A DNA stretch of 64,000 nt from Squalus acanthias (Eukaryota), in NCBI GenBank assembly GCA_030390025.1, contig CM059433.1, forward strand, positions 23,376,001 through 23,440,000. The letters are read 5' to 3'. Positions 12,392 to 25,667 of the stretch are shown here, in pieces. How positions within the stretch are numbered: position 1 is the stretch's first letter; every line of letters begins with the position of its first letter. A model generated the notes under the pieces. It made no database searches. It saw only the letters and a list, made by a program, of their open reading frames with translations, and was not told the DNA's origin. The translations under genes and the position numbers were made by a program.

Positions 12392-12689
12392 TGATGCTAG
12401 CCTCACATAAACTTGGGCCTCCTGCTAAGGTGTGCAGCCACTCAACAGCACATTCAATGCTGGGCTGCATGCTCCTATCACTTAAATTAGCAGGCAGCAT
12501 AAAGTTTATGTGCTGCCTGCATCAGTCTCAATGGGCGCTGGCTAATCGCGCAACGCAATACCCGTGCCCATTTTCATGGGCTATTGAATTTAGCCCCCTT
12601 TATCTCTATACCTTGCAGAGACAACCCATAGTAATTATAACTAAACCTGTGTGTCCTGTTACTAGAAATAAAGAATTTGAATATTTGTC

Positions 12690-12888
12690 CCTCAGCTAAC
12701 ATCACTAAAACAGATAATCCGGTCATTATCATATTGTTGTTTATGGGACCCTGCTGTGCGTAAATTGGCTGCCACATTTCCTTTAGTACAGTGACTACAT
12801 TTAAACAGTATTAATTGGCTGTTATGTGCATTGGGACATCCTGATGTTGCGAAAGGCGCTGCATGAATACAAGTCTTTCTTTCTTCTT
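12690..12888 (+). mobile_element. SacSINE1/DeuSINE-like 3' fragment
   Basis: GGGACCCTGCTGTGCGTAAATTGGCTGCC..AAAGGCGCT..ATACAAGTCTTTCTTTC tail. Confidence 0.75.
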
Positions 12889-13443
12889 TCAAAATCAGTA
12901 ATATAATTTTGAAAAGTCGGATATCTGCAGAGCCTCACATGCTGTGTCAGACAGCGTGCTGCAGAGAGTAGATCGAATAGAGGACTCTGCTCCCTGCATG
13001 TACAGAACTATATTGAACCTAGCAGCACTGCAGCGCACCCTAAAGTATGTTGCAGCTCCCTGGCCCTGTGTAGCAGAGTACCTCGTGACAAAGGGAGCAT
13101 GTGCCTCGTCCATGGATGCTCAGACTGCTGCCCTGGGTTGCTAGATTGGTGAGAACTGCCACCTCCGACCTCAAGATAATTGGAGCAGAATTTTAAACAA
13201 GTTATCACCCAGGGTTTCACTGATCTCATTGGTGCCATGGGATCTGCTTTCTCACACGGCAGTAGGGTTGAGTTCCAGGTTCTAGCTGGTATGGTATTCA
13301 TGATAGTGCTTTCTCTCAGGATAGCAGCACATGTGGGCACTTCAGCCAACCGTCTTCGACGCCTGGAAACATTGTGCGGGACCGGGCTGTTCATGCAGCA
13401 GCCTGAGGGATGCAACCTGTAGCAAGTCCCTCTCAGAACCTAG

Positions 13444-14220
13444 TGTAAGAAATAGCTGTTAGATTCAAAGATGGGTTTTAATTCTTAGAACAGAGACTGA
13501 CAACATGCAGCCGGGAACAGATCTCAGAAATGCCAGCGAGGTCGAATATCAAGCATCAAAAGACAAATAGAAGTGATAAGGGAAACGTAAAATGCAAAAC
13601 AACACAGGGTGGTGGGATAACAGACAAAAATGGAGCCGAAAAGTCGTAAAATGTCCTTAAAGAAACATAACAAAACATTCCTCAGATAGATAAGAGGGAG
13701 GCCTCGTCAGTCATGCAGAAAGCGACGGCGAGGGATGCCTTCCCGCTTCACAATTGGACAATAGGATGAGGAACAAATGATTGACACCAGGTGATTACCA
13801 GCCCACCGAAATAACTATAAACATAGACGACCGAGAGAGGAAATCAGGCAGTTAGGGGCGAAGGCTTCCCCGAGGTGGCTACGGCCTAACACCTTGGTCA
13901 AGTTTAGCCTCTGAGGTGGCTGACGGCCTAGCACCTCCAACAGCTCGAGAGATGACCCAATGGAAGTGACCGCTGCAGCAGACTGCAGGAATCCACCCAA
14001 TCCGAGACCACCGTACTGCCTCCCCGTCCATCCGGTCGTGGCATTCCGATTCGGGAGTCGTAGATCGCTCCTACTGTCACGGGTTGTATGTCTATTATAC
14101 TCAACTTAAACCATATGTAATATCTGATTATGCTTTAAAACTGTAGCTCTTTAATAAAAGCCTTGCAACTCCTAAAACCCTTTGGGTAATCTGTGTGTGG
14201 CCTGTGATCCTAATCTTACA
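13444..14220 (+). mobile_element. solo LTR, family C
   Basis: TGTAAGA...TCTTACA 7-bp inverted ends, exact TSD CTAG, TATA (CTATAAA ~13815), AATAAA ~14153. Confidence 0.85.
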
Positions 14221-14697
14221 CTAGCTGCCATGAAATGTGGGTTACATCAGTCCCAAAATATCCGATTGGAACGCAGAAGCCAGCCACCTCACGCACTCCA
14301 GCTACTTGGGTAGAACCTAGCAGAAGCACAAGGTAGGTTTAAAAGTTTACAGATCATGCACTGGCATCAAGTGGTAAGAGGCACCAAGCACATATATGGG
14401 TTTTAATTAAAATTCTGGATTCACTGTAGTTGTGTGTGAAGACATTGTTCTAGGCAAGGTAAGGTGGTTACTTTCATCAGTTTGTATAATTGGAAGCGGT
14501 GTGAGTTGATGTGCACAGAGAAAGTTGTGCAGTTAATGGCATAGTAATGATGGGCATCTGAAGATATACATAGGCCTTTTCATGTATGGTAGGCAAAGGA
14601 AGGTCTATAGCATAGAAGATAGGAGCAGGAGTAGGCCATTTGGCCCCTCGAGCCTGCTCCGCCATTCGATGAGATCATGGCTGATCATCCAAACTCA

Positions 14698-17555
14698 CTA
14701 CCCTGTACCTGCCTTCTCCCCATATCCCTTGATACCTTTAGCTTTAAGAAATATATCTAACTCATTCTTGAATATATTTAATGACTTGGCCTCAACTACC
14801 TTCTGTGGTAGAGAATTCCACAGGTTCACCACTCTCTGGGTGAAGAAATTCTTCCTCATTTCTGTCCTAAATGGCTTACCCGTTATTCTTAGATTATGAC
14901 CCCTGGTTCTGGACTCTCCGTCCATCGGGAACATTCTTCCTGCATCTAGTTTGTCCAGACCTGTCAGAATTTTATATGTTTCGATGAGATCCCCTCTCAT
15001 TCTTCTATACTCCAGCGAGTATAAGCCCAATCGACCCAATCTCTCCTCATATGTCATTCCTGCCATCCCAGGTATCAGCCTTGTGAATCTTCGCTGAACT
15101 CCTTCCATGGCAAGAACATCCTTCCTCAGATAAGGCGACCAAAACTGCACACAGTACTCAAGGTGTGGTCTCACCAAGGCCCTGTACAACTGCAGCAAGA
15201 CATCCCTGTTCCTGTACTCAAACCCTTTCGCTATGAAGGCCAACATACCATTTGCCTTCTTCACCGCCTGCTGCACCTGCATGCTTACCTTCAGCGACTG
15301 GTGCACAAGGACACCCAGGTCTCGTTGCACTTCCCCTTCTCCCAATCTATTGCCATTCAGATAATAGTCTGCCTTTCTGTTTTTGACACCAAAGTGGATA
15401 ACCTTGCATTTATCCACGTTATATTGCATCTGCCACGCTTCTGCCCACTCACCCAACCTGTCCAAATCATCCTGGAGTTTCTCAGTATCCTCCTCGGAGC
15501 ACACACGCCCACCCAGCTTTGTGTCATCTGCAAACTTGGAGATATTACATTTAGTTCCCTTATCCAGATCATTAATGTATATTGTGAATAGCTGGGGTCC
15601 AAGGACTGAACCCTGCGGTACCCCACTAGTCACTGCCTGCCACTCGGAAAAAGACCCATTAATTCCTACTCTCTGCTTTCTGTCCGCCAACCAGTTCTCT
15701 ATCCAAGACAATAACTTGCCCCCAATCCCATGTGCCTTAACTTTACACGCTAATCTCTTATGCGGGACCTTATCGAAAGCCTTTTTAAAGTCCAAATACA
15801 CCACATCTACTGGCTCTCCCTTATCTATTTTACCAGTTACATCCTCAAAAAATTCCAGTAGATTAGTCAAGAACGATTTACCTTTTGTAAATCCATGTTG
15901 ACTTTGTCCGATCCTGTCACTGTTTTTCAAGTGCTCAGCTATTACATCCTTTATAATGGACTCTAGCATTTTCCCCACTACCAATGTCAGGCTTACCGGT
16001 CTGTAATTCCCCGCTTTCTCTCTACCACCCTTTTTGAATAGTGGGGTAACATTAGCTACCCTCCAATCCATGGGTACAGTTCCAGATTCCATCGAATGTT
16101 GGAAGATGATCAGCAATGCATCTACTATTTCTAGGGCCACTTCCTTAAGTACCCTAGGATGTAGATTATCAGGCCCTGGGGATTTATCGGCCTTCAATCC
16201 CGTCAATTTCCCTAACACCATTTCCCTACAAATACTGATTTCTTTGAGTTCCTCCCTTTCATCAGACCCTATGTTCTCCAACATCTCTGGAAGGTTATTT
16301 GTGTCCTCCTTTGTGAAGACAGAACCAAAATATGCATTTAATTGGTCCGCCATTTCTTTGTTCCCCATTATAACTTCCCCTGATTCTGACTGCAAGGGAC
16401 CTACACTTGATTTCACTAATCTTTTTCTCTTCACATATCTATAAATGCTCTTACAGTCAGTTTTTATGTTCCCAGCAAGCTTACTTTCATATTCTATTTT
16501 CCCCTTCTTAATTAATCCCTTTGTCCTCCTTTGTTGAATCCTAAACTACTCCCAAACCTCAGGGTTACTGCTTTTTCTGGCCAATTTATATGCCCTCTCC
16601 TTGGATCTTATGCTATCCCTAATTTCCCTTGTTAGCCACGGTTGAGTCACCCTTTTTGTTTTATTCTTATGCCACACAGGGATGAACAAATTCTGTAGTT
16701 CATCCATGCAGTCTTTGAATGTTTGCCATTGCCTATCCACCGTCAACCCTTTGAGTGACATTCCCAATCAATCCTATCTAATTCGCGCCTCATACCATCG
16801 TAGTTTCCTTTATTTAATTTCAGGACCCTAGTTTCTGATTCAACTACTTCACTCTCCATCCTAATGAAGAATTCTATCATATTATGATCACTCTGACCCA
16901 AGGGGCCTCGTACAACAAGATTGCTAATTAATCCTTTCTCGTTACATAATACCCAGTCTAAGATGACCTGATCTCTGGTTGGTTCCTCGACATATTGTTC
17001 CAGAAAACCATCCCGTAAACATTCTAGGAATTCCTCCTCCACAGTATTTTTACTAATTTGGTTAGCCCAATCTATATGTAAATTAAAGTCACCCATGATG
17101 ACTGCTGTGCCCTTACTGCATGCTTCTCTAATTTCCCTTTTAATGCCGTCCCCAACCTCCGTATTACTGTTTGGAGGTCTATATACCACTCCCACTAACG
17201 TTTTCTGCCCCTTGTTAGTTCTCAGTTCTACCCATACAGATTCCGCATCATCAGAGCTAATATCCTTCCTTTCAATTGTGTTAATCCCCTCTTTAACCAG
17301 CAATGCTACCCCACCTCCCTTTCTTTTTAGCCTATCTTTCCTAAATATTGAATACCCCTGGATGTTGAGTTCCCAGCCTTGGCCACCCTGGAGCCATGTT
17401 TCTGTAATCCCAATCAAATCGTATTCATTTACCTCTATTTGCGCAGCTAATTCATCCACCTTGTTCCGAATGCTCCTTGCATTAAGACACAAAGCCTTCA
17501 GGCTTGTTTTTTCAACGCTCTCAGACCTATATGAATTATTATTTACTGTGACCAT
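14698..17555 (-). pseudogene. CR1 ORF2 (APE endonuclease + reverse transcriptase), disrupted between EN and RT
   Basis: LNARSI..ITETW..MGDFN..SDH endonuclease motifs; open 578-aa RT segment with YRPVSLT, LDFKKAFD, GVPQGSVLGP, KFADD; frameshift/stops at ~16440-16770. Confidence 0.95.
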
Positions 17556-17689
17556 GTTTGATTTAAACCATTGAGTTCTTTGCCTTCTACTTTTGTTTTT
17601 CTCCTTCCTGTCTTTTGCTTTTATCCTTGTTTCCCTTTCCTCTGTCTCCCTGCTCAGGTTCCCAACCCCCTGCCACTTTAGTTTAAACC

Positions 17690-18626
17690 CTCCCCAACAG
17701 CACTAGCAAACACTCCCCCTATAACATCGGTCCCGGCCCTGCCCAGGTGCAGACCGTCCCGTTTGTACTGGTCCTACCTCCCCCAGAACCGGTTCCAATG
17801 TCCAAGGAATTTGAATCCCTCCCCCTTGCACCATTCCTCTAGCCATGTATTCATTTGAAATATCCTCCTATTTCTACTCTGACTAGCACGTGGCACTGGT
17901 AGCAATCCTGAGATTACTACCTTTGAGGTCCTATTTTTTAATTTACCTCCTAACTCCCTATATTCTGTTTTTAGGACCTCATCCCGTTTTTTACCTATAT
18001 CGTTGATGCCTATGTGCACCACGAAAACTGGCTGTTCGCCCTCCCCCTCCAAAATGTTCTGTAGCCGCTCCGCGACGTCCTTGACCCTTGCACCAGGGAG
18101 GCAACACACCATCCTGGAGTCTCGTTTGCGGCCGTAGAAACGCCTATCTATTCCTCTTACAATTGAGTCCCCTATCACTATAGCTCTTCCACACTTTTTC
18201 CTCCCAGCCTGTGCAGCAGAGCCACCCATGGTGCCAGGAAGTTGGCTGCTGCTGCCTTCCCCTGATAAGTCATCCCCCAACAGTATCCAAAGTGGTATAT
18301 CTGTTTGAGAGGGAGATGGCCACAGGAGACCCTTGCACTACCTGCCTGCACCTCTTACTCTGCCTGGTGGTCACCCATTCACTTCCTGCCTGTACACCCT
18401 TTGCCTGCGGTGTGACCAACTCGCTAAATGTGCTATCCACGACGTTCTCAGCGTCGCGAATGCTCCAATATGCATCCGTCCACAGCTCCAGCGCCGCAAT
18501 GCGGTCTATCAGTAGCTGCAGCTGGATACACTTCCCACACGCATGGTCGTCAGGGACACAGGAAGCGTCCCTGATTTCCCACATATAGCAGGAGGAGCAT
18601 ATCACGGGGCAGAGCTCTCCTGCCAT
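17690..18626 (-). pseudogene. CR1 ORF1 (CxxC zinc finger, coiled coil, SGNH esterase-like domain)
   Basis: CSSC..CGKC, LLIDRIAALE, IVIGDSIVRG..CLPGA..VHIGIND; frameshift ~18275 and stop ~17774. Confidence 0.9.
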
Positions 18627-18714
18627 GACTTACCCTTTAATTAATTAATTAAAATTAAATTAAATGAATCCCACCAATTTCACTTCAATTAAATGATATA
18701 CTCAAGGGCCCTTT

Positions 18715-18890
18715 CCCGACACTGGCCTCTGTAAAAAGCCCACGAAAGTGAGTTTAACTACTAACTGTACTGCTGCTCTCTCCGCTCCCGACACTGGCCT
18801 CTGCAAAAAAGCCCGCGAAAGTGAGTTTAACTACTCACAGTGCTGCTGCTCTCTCCACTCCCGACACTGGCCCCTGTTATAAAGCCCGCA
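18715..18890. repeat. ~72-bp tandem repeat in the CR1 5'UTR (2.5 units)
   Basis: CCCGACACTGGCCTCTG..AAAGCCC.CGAAAGTGAGTTTAACTACT..TGCTGCTCTCTCC recurs. Confidence 0.9.
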
Positions 18891-19244
18891 AAATAAACTT
18901 AAAAACTTAACAAAAACACTCACCTGCAACTCACCAATGAGCGCTCTCCCTCTAGTAATGGGCTATGAACTACTCAACAGAAATACACTTAAAACTGAAC
19001 AAAAAACTTAACAGAAAATACCCACCAGCTACTCACCAATCAGCTCCACTCTGACCACCTCACTTCTGAATTCTGACATCACTCCTGTGCTGAGTTCCTC
19101 TCGCTGACTCTGTGCCTCTCGCAGGTCCGCCGCTCAGCTTGTGTAATAGTGTGGCGCAAATGTGTCTTGCAGCCACCAACATGTCCTCCACATTCTTTTT
19201 GGGTTGCTGCTACGCCTATCCTGATTCCCGTGCTGCCCATGAAA

Positions 19245-20958
19245 AGAAAAGAAAGAACTTGCATTTGTGTCGTGTCTTTGCAGAACAGGCTCAGAGGGTC
19301 TACTCCTGCTCTTATTTCTTATGTTCTCAGGGTGTCCCGAAGCACTTCATAGCCAATGAATTACTTTTGAAGTGTAGTCGCTGTTGTTTTATAAGCTGTA
19401 GGGGGTGGTAGTGGGGTCAGCCTTCACCTCTGACTCAGTGAGCGGTTTGAATCGATCCCACGCCCCTGGTTCCTAGACTTTGGACTTATTTAGGGGTTGT
19501 GAACAAAGATGCAGTAGACAACAGGTTCTAATGAAAGAATTTTGACTTTATTAAAAGAAAAAGGTAACAAACTTAAAACACACTTAATACTTAAACACAG
19601 GTTGGGGAACATACGGTACAGGCGAGGGAGATAGACAATATACAAAAAAAACCTTATCCCTCCCAAAAATCCCACTATCAAGCTAGGTTTTGGTTTCAGG
19701 AGATCAGGGATAATGCTCACCAAATGAATCCTAAACAGTTGAGAGTTAGGGTTTAGAGTCTTTTGAGTAAAAGGTTTCGTAAGGCCCTTGTTGCCGCGAG
19801 GTGTCCGATGGTCACCTGAGGCAGTCGCTCTGGTTTCTTCTTGTGTGTTGGTCTGTTTGTGAAGTTGTTGGCCTTCTTTCCTCCTCCTCCTCGTGGCTTG
19901 TGGTGTCTTGCTGGAGCAGAGCTGAGAGAGAGCTGTGTGAGCATTGAGAGCATTGTCAGAGAGTCCAGAGAGAGAGAGTCTTGGGGGATTAGGCCCCCAA
20001 TTATACTGTCAGCCCCTTTGTCCTTTTCGCGCCCAAAACCCCTTACTAAATCAGTTTCCTTCAGATTGCAAATGAGCCCTGTTTATTCCATTGTCTTAGT
20101 TTTGGCGGGCTTGTTAGTTTCAATGGCTTTAACTTGGTGTTAAACATGTCCTGATGGCTTCCGATGTTCCCCGTTTAGGCAAGGCCTTTATCTACGCGCC
20201 AAATCTTGTCCCTATTGTCCTAGGTTTTTGGTGGGCTTGTAAATCTGTCCTGTGGATACCTGGTTGATTGGTTTTTGATGAAGTAAATCAGGGTACTAAA
20301 TGTTTTATTGATTTCAGGCTTCTGGTATCCTGTTTGGGCCTGGGAATTTCAAAAGAGGTCTTGGATTATTCATATTTTGATGTGTGTGTGAGGCTTTGGG
20401 TTTGTCTCTTCCTCCTTGGTAGGAATGCAGTATAAACAAATTCCCCAGACAACTTGATTGGGCCCCAGTACCCAAAGCGGTCCACTGCCTGGCCACGCCC
20501 CTCTGCAGCCTGTCTGTGTCTGTGAAAGGTGTCTTTCCCACCAGTAAGATTCAAAAAGTCATTTTCCTCAGGGTTTTTTCTTCCCTGATCTTTTAAAATG
20601 TCCAAAACTGAGGTTTTTACCTCAAATCACTTCACTTAGGGTTCTGTTCGAGTTTGCAAAGCCTACAAAGCAAATGGTGCAGCCAATTTCCACACAGCAA
20701 GGTCCCAGAAACAGCAGTAAGATGAATGACCAGTTTATTTGTGTTGGTTGAGGGAAGAATGTTGGCCAGGACACCGTGATGTTCACCTGAGCAAGCAAAT
20801 GGAGCTTTGGTTTGATGTCTCATCTGAAGACAGCTCCTCTGCCAAAGTAGCTCACTGAAGTGTCAATCTAATTATGTGTCACAGTCCATAGTTGGGCTTG
20901 AACCCACAACCTTCTGACGCAAAGGCAAGAGTGCTACCAACTAAGCCAAGCTGGCACT
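19245..20958 (-). mobile_element. SacSINE1/DeuSINE-like SINE split by the LTR at 19397-20667
   Basis: Tail at 19245-19396; Deu domain and tRNA head (GGGCTTGAACCCACAACCTTCTGAC..GAGTGCTACC) at 20668-20958. Confidence 0.85.
19397..20667 (-). mobile_element. solo LTR, family B copy 1
   Basis: TGTAG...CTACA termini, exact TSD AAGC, minus-strand AATAAA ~19547-19552; homologous to 34338-35705. Confidence 0.85.
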
Positions 20959-21273
20959 GATGAGAGGAATCAGAAAACATTTGGGACCCATTCTATTGTA
21001 CCCCAGTAAGGAATCAATGGCTTGTGGAAAGAGGGGAATAAAATTGATGAGAAAAAATAGGGAAAAAAGAAACATAACTTATCCTGAATTGAAAGTTAGC
21101 ACACTCGGAGACCCAAATTTCGACCCAGCACTGAAGCCTGGATCAGACTGGGACACGCAGTAGTCAGTAGGGGGCAAGTAATGCTACATAGCTGCCACTC
21201 TTGCAGGCTGCAGTTACCATTTAAAGGGGCTACTTAAGTAATGCTGGGCAAAAAGCTTGAAATTACCGGCCAG

Positions 21274-21430
21274 CAACACAGAACACCTCCTCTTTCAACT
21301 GTTGTTTTGGAGGTGCTTCTGCAAGAAGTTTGAAAAATGGTGATTGCCCTGTTTGGCTCCCATAGGTCGAAGGTACAAAGCAGAGCAAGTGCTTTGCTGA
21401 ACAACTAAAGGACATGGAACAGATGAGGAA
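21274..21430 (+). pseudogene. degenerate Harbinger Myb/SANT exon 1 fossil
   Basis: QHRTPPLSTVVLEVLLQEV*KMVIALFG resembles APRFSEVALEALVQEVDRRREVLY; preceded by TTTAAAGGG, as upstream of other Harbinger genes here. Confidence 0.5.
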
Positions 21431-23070
21431 AAAGGATGATAGCCTCAAAAAGCCTGCATGGTAAAACTGGTCAGTTTTTCACTATACTAAGTAGATGGAC
21501 CACTTATAGATAGCACAAAGAGCTGCACTCATTTCCATAATAAAACCATTGATTGCAAAATCAAAATGACATTTTTGCACATTTTATGCAAAAGGTCTTT
21601 ATGCCAGGGTAAAAGGCCAGCTAGAAGATCACATGCGTCATGTAATGGGTGGAGATCCATTTTCCTGATCCCTGATTTTCCTTTCTACTCCGGTGGCTCC
21701 AGCCATGGTGACCAGAACTTCAGCCTTCCAATCTTAGCCAGTTGCTGCTATTCAAATCTCCTGCAGTCCAAGTCACACATTATAATTCATGTACATGCTG
21801 GCAGTAAAGTCACAAAACAGAGCCTGATGTGGAAGTCTAATTAGGTCCAACATATCCATTTTGCAGATGTATTCATTGAGAATAACACACGTGTGTAATG
21901 AGATATGCAGGGAGTTAATAACCCATGATTGCAGCAGGCTTAGTTATTTTCATTATCATGATTGAGTTATAAAAGTCAGTTCTCAACCCACTGACCAACA
22001 CTGCGTGGTTTGGGATTGGGGATTATTAACTATAAGAGGCTATCCACAACACACTAGTCTAATGTAGAGCTGCGTTTATCAAGACCTGGACTGAATGTGA
22101 TTAATAAATCCAATCTGCCATGTTATGATTTGAGAATTGCTGTCTGGCTAAAATTAATTGGATTCATGTCCTATTAATTTCTCTTTTTGGCAGGGTGCTG
22201 AAACTGAAATTTTAATGCCCTGTTCAAACTACGTGAGAAAATTGTCCTCAATACTTTTCATTAGCATTTTTACACCAAGACAGACAGTGCTGCATGGTAT
22301 TAACTAGACAATAAAATTATCACCATTCAGCTAACAGACTCAGCAGACAGGATGACTGTTACCACAGACCGAACATTCTTCTTTCCAAGTCTCTATTGAC
22401 ACCACTGTGCCAGCCAATGAGTTGGAGGCAGAGCGTGACTTACATTTTTGGGCTGGTTGCGATCCAGTTTTCCTCTTTCACAACACTTTATTATGAGCTA
22501 ACTTGTTCCCAACCACTAATGGGGCATTTTCACTATAAATTTAGCATTGTGAGAAACGGTTTTGGCTTCACACTGATGCTAAACTTGTGGACTACAATGG
22601 CACACGGGCTTTTAACCCATCATTTGCCTCTTTCATTTCCACAGATTAACTAAAATAACAAGCTCTTACTCCCTGCATGTTTCAGTCATGTTTGCATGTC
22701 ACTTAGTTGCTGTTAACGGCAGCACAAATAATTCTGCCTTAGTACCAAAGGTCGAGTGGTCATTCCCTGTTGTCGATCTGTTTAACTTGCATCACATCGA
22801 ACAATCAATGTGGTGACCTAATTTAACAATGGTGATAAATTAAGATGCAAAGTGTAGTAAATTGTTCCTTTGCACTTGGGCATTAACTGTGGCTAAGTAC
22901 CTTATCTACCAGACATAGGCAGTGCAATTCTACCCTTCATTTCATTAGGTGTTGATTAACTCCCAGGTACTGCTAGATGTTTGGCTAATGGAGACAAATT
23001 GATGACTGAAACCTTTAACATTTCCACTAATGTGTCTCAATTAATAAACTTCAATTGTATTCCACTAATC

Positions 23071-24698
23071 TGTAAGGGGTTTTGTCGTGCTTGTATCACA
23101 GACGGTGCTGGTGCGAGGTTAGGCCTTCGTTGCCTAATACTGTTGCTTGCTCTGGTCTCCGGCCAGCCTTGTTGCAATAAGCACCTGTGAGTGGTTCGAC
23201 CCACTCGCCCTTACGGTTCTAACACTGGACTTAGGTGCGAGAGCAGTAATGCAGAGAAAAACTCAAATAGACCCGGTTGAATTGTACGAAATGGAAATCT
23301 TTATTGCATAGCATCCAAAATCATGAAGTACATGTCATAGGCGCAAATTAACGAGAGTACAAGTATACATACATTCATAAAGCTTGGTCTATGGTAATGA
23401 AGAACGCACGGCACATCGTAAAAAGGGGAACACATTATACTTTATCCTTAATAAAACCACCCTCCCCTATCAATAGCTACACTACATCTAGATTTGTAGG
23501 ATCGGGAAACATGCTCACCACTCGTGATACTTCGGAGAATTTTAAAGTGAGGCACTCGGCTCGTTTTGCTGCAGCGCCTGACTGTCACGTGTTTTGAGGG
23601 GTCTCTGTACCCCACTTGTTTATCTTCGCTGCTGCGGCAAGCAGGCCGGGCTCCCCGTTGCCATGAAGAACTCGACAGAACTCGGACACGGTTCGAAGAA
23701 GAGTCTTCCTGTGTCCGACACCGGTTGCCGGTAGAATTCGAAAAAGAGTCTTCCTTTCCCCGACACCGGTTGTCGGGGGACTTCAATGAAAAGTTCTTTC
23801 TTGTATTTTCGGGCGCGGTCGGGGTTTACTGACCGCGGCGGCACGTGGATTCTTCTCCTCTTCTTCTCGTCTCGTCTCGTCTCGTCTCTTCGGGCCTTCG
23901 GGTCCAGACACCGTTTACCGACTCTCGGGATGGTGCACCCGGTCACTGGCCCTCGTTGAGGCGGCTCGTTCCGTTTGAGCTCCACCCAACATAGTCAACA
24001 GAGTCCAGAGAGAACACCGAAAACCCTCCGCAGTCAGCAGCGAGACAAGAGAATAAGGTGCCGAATCAAGAGAATAAGAGACCGATGGACATTTGTTGTC
24101 TATAGTTATAGTGCTGTGTTCCCATATCTCCCGCCCAAATCTTAATGTTTGTCCTTTGTGAAATATTGGCGCTCAAAACTCCCAGCATGGGGCGATTCTT
24201 GTCTTTAACGAGTTTCGGTAGCACCTGAAACTGGCCAACTACCCGTTAATGTTCTCCCCATTGTTGGCCCAGCCAGGATCGTATGAATCGTCTCCCTGAC
24301 TGGTTTTGGGGGGCCCCCGAATGCTTGTTTAATCACCCGAGAATGGCTCTCTCATTGTAGAGCCGTGGGGGTATTTGTGTATTGATGTGTCTGGATGGGC
24401 CTTCGATTGCCCAGTACAATGGTCCTTACTTGTGCATGGAAAACAATTCCAGCACTTATATCTTTTGCTATTGTCACAAATGCAAACAGGTTGCAACCTG
24501 TCTTATATTTGAAATGTATATTCGAACGCCATCTTGTCTGCCCACTGAAATTCTGGAAGCTTCTGCCACGATGCGCGGCGGCCATTTCACAGGCTTCTGT
24601 GTCCTTTATATCATGACAGCATTTCGTTTAAATAAACTGATCAAACGAATCTGCTTCTATCTTGTTATTTGGAATCGCGATAATTGCGAAACTTTACA
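23071..24698 (-). mobile_element. solo LTR, family A copy 2
   Basis: Reverse complement of 4881-6564; TGTAA/TTACA ends; exact TSD AATC. Confidence 0.85.
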
Positions 24699-25667
24699 AA
24701 TCTCTGCATACAACGGCTGCTGTTACTGTTCTATATTTAGATGGTTCTCGCACCATGTCAACATTCTCATCATACTTCCTTATAACTCCAGCAGTCCTAC
24801 AGAGATACGGTCTGCATTGCTTGTTCTTGTTACCTCTGTAGGTTTCAGTAGATGTTCACAGGCATCTGGTGATCTGATGACCTAAAATCTACCATGCTTC
24901 ACCCATCAGGAATTCAACTCCTTTTAAAAGCATTGATTAAGTAATCCTTACTTATGCCCATTTTTTCATTAGAATCTTCCACAGCACAGATATTTTAAAT
25001 GAAATCAGCGTAATTACTTTTCCTGCATGCACAGTGGGAGATCTTTCAATCATGGTGCCTTCAAAGCTTGGATTTTCTGTCTAGAGTTTAATTGGGAAAT
25101 AGTCACAGTTTTATTTTAGTTTGGGTGATGGGCAGGTTCCATCTGTTGTGAGTGAAATATTCAGTGCGCTTTGAAAAGTGGCACTCATTTCTTGCAACAG
25201 GTCTCTTCAATGCTTGAAATTTAAATTCGATTTTTTGGGGGCTTAATAACAGGTACTAAATTAGTCGAATTTTTCCTCCTTCCTCTAAAGGGTTTGAAGC
25301 ATTAATTCTGCTTGTGCTTTTATTTTAAGATATAAAATTGGATAGGGAAAGTCTTGTGTTTTCTTAACAAACTATAGGATTTCAAAATCTACAAGTAGAA
25401 TTTCACAGGATTTGTACCTGGCCTGATTGCCCAAAAAGGGGTCACTTCAAGCTGCAATATTTTCATTGGTTTACGGTGAACAGTTTTGCAAATGCTGTCC
25501 CAGAACTTAATTGCACCATAATTCCATTGTTCTTATATTAATATTTCAAGTATGCTAACTTTGAACTTCATAAATGAAAGAATGTTGCCTGGCAGTGAAT
25601 AACACTTAGCACATAATAAAGTACAATAAATGCAAGAAGCTTTGTCACAAGATAAATATTTCAAAGT

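Larger units (their letters stand above)
9024..12597. mobile_element. PIF/Harbinger DNA transposon copy 1 (internally deleted)
   Basis: GGCCGCGAAATT...AATTTAGCCCC degenerate termini; convergent transposase (+) and Myb/SANT (-) genes; TSD not resolved. Confidence 0.9.
14607..19135 (-). mobile_element. near full-length CR1 LINE
   Basis: 5'UTR with tandem repeats, ORF1, ORF2 and CR1-type 3'UTR (..CCTACTCCTGCTCCTATCTTCTATG). Ends approximate. Confidence 0.95.

Noticed and set aside
15163..17574. Plus-strand ORFs of 130-170 aa (similar ones at 39392-40265, 50837-51415, 53303-53905)
   Set aside because: Antisense shadows of TE coding sequence.
4881..24698. Inverted 1.6-kb repeats as TIRs of a giant transposon
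   Set aside because: Each copy has an independent TSD, and copy 1 interrupts an L2 that continues on both sides.
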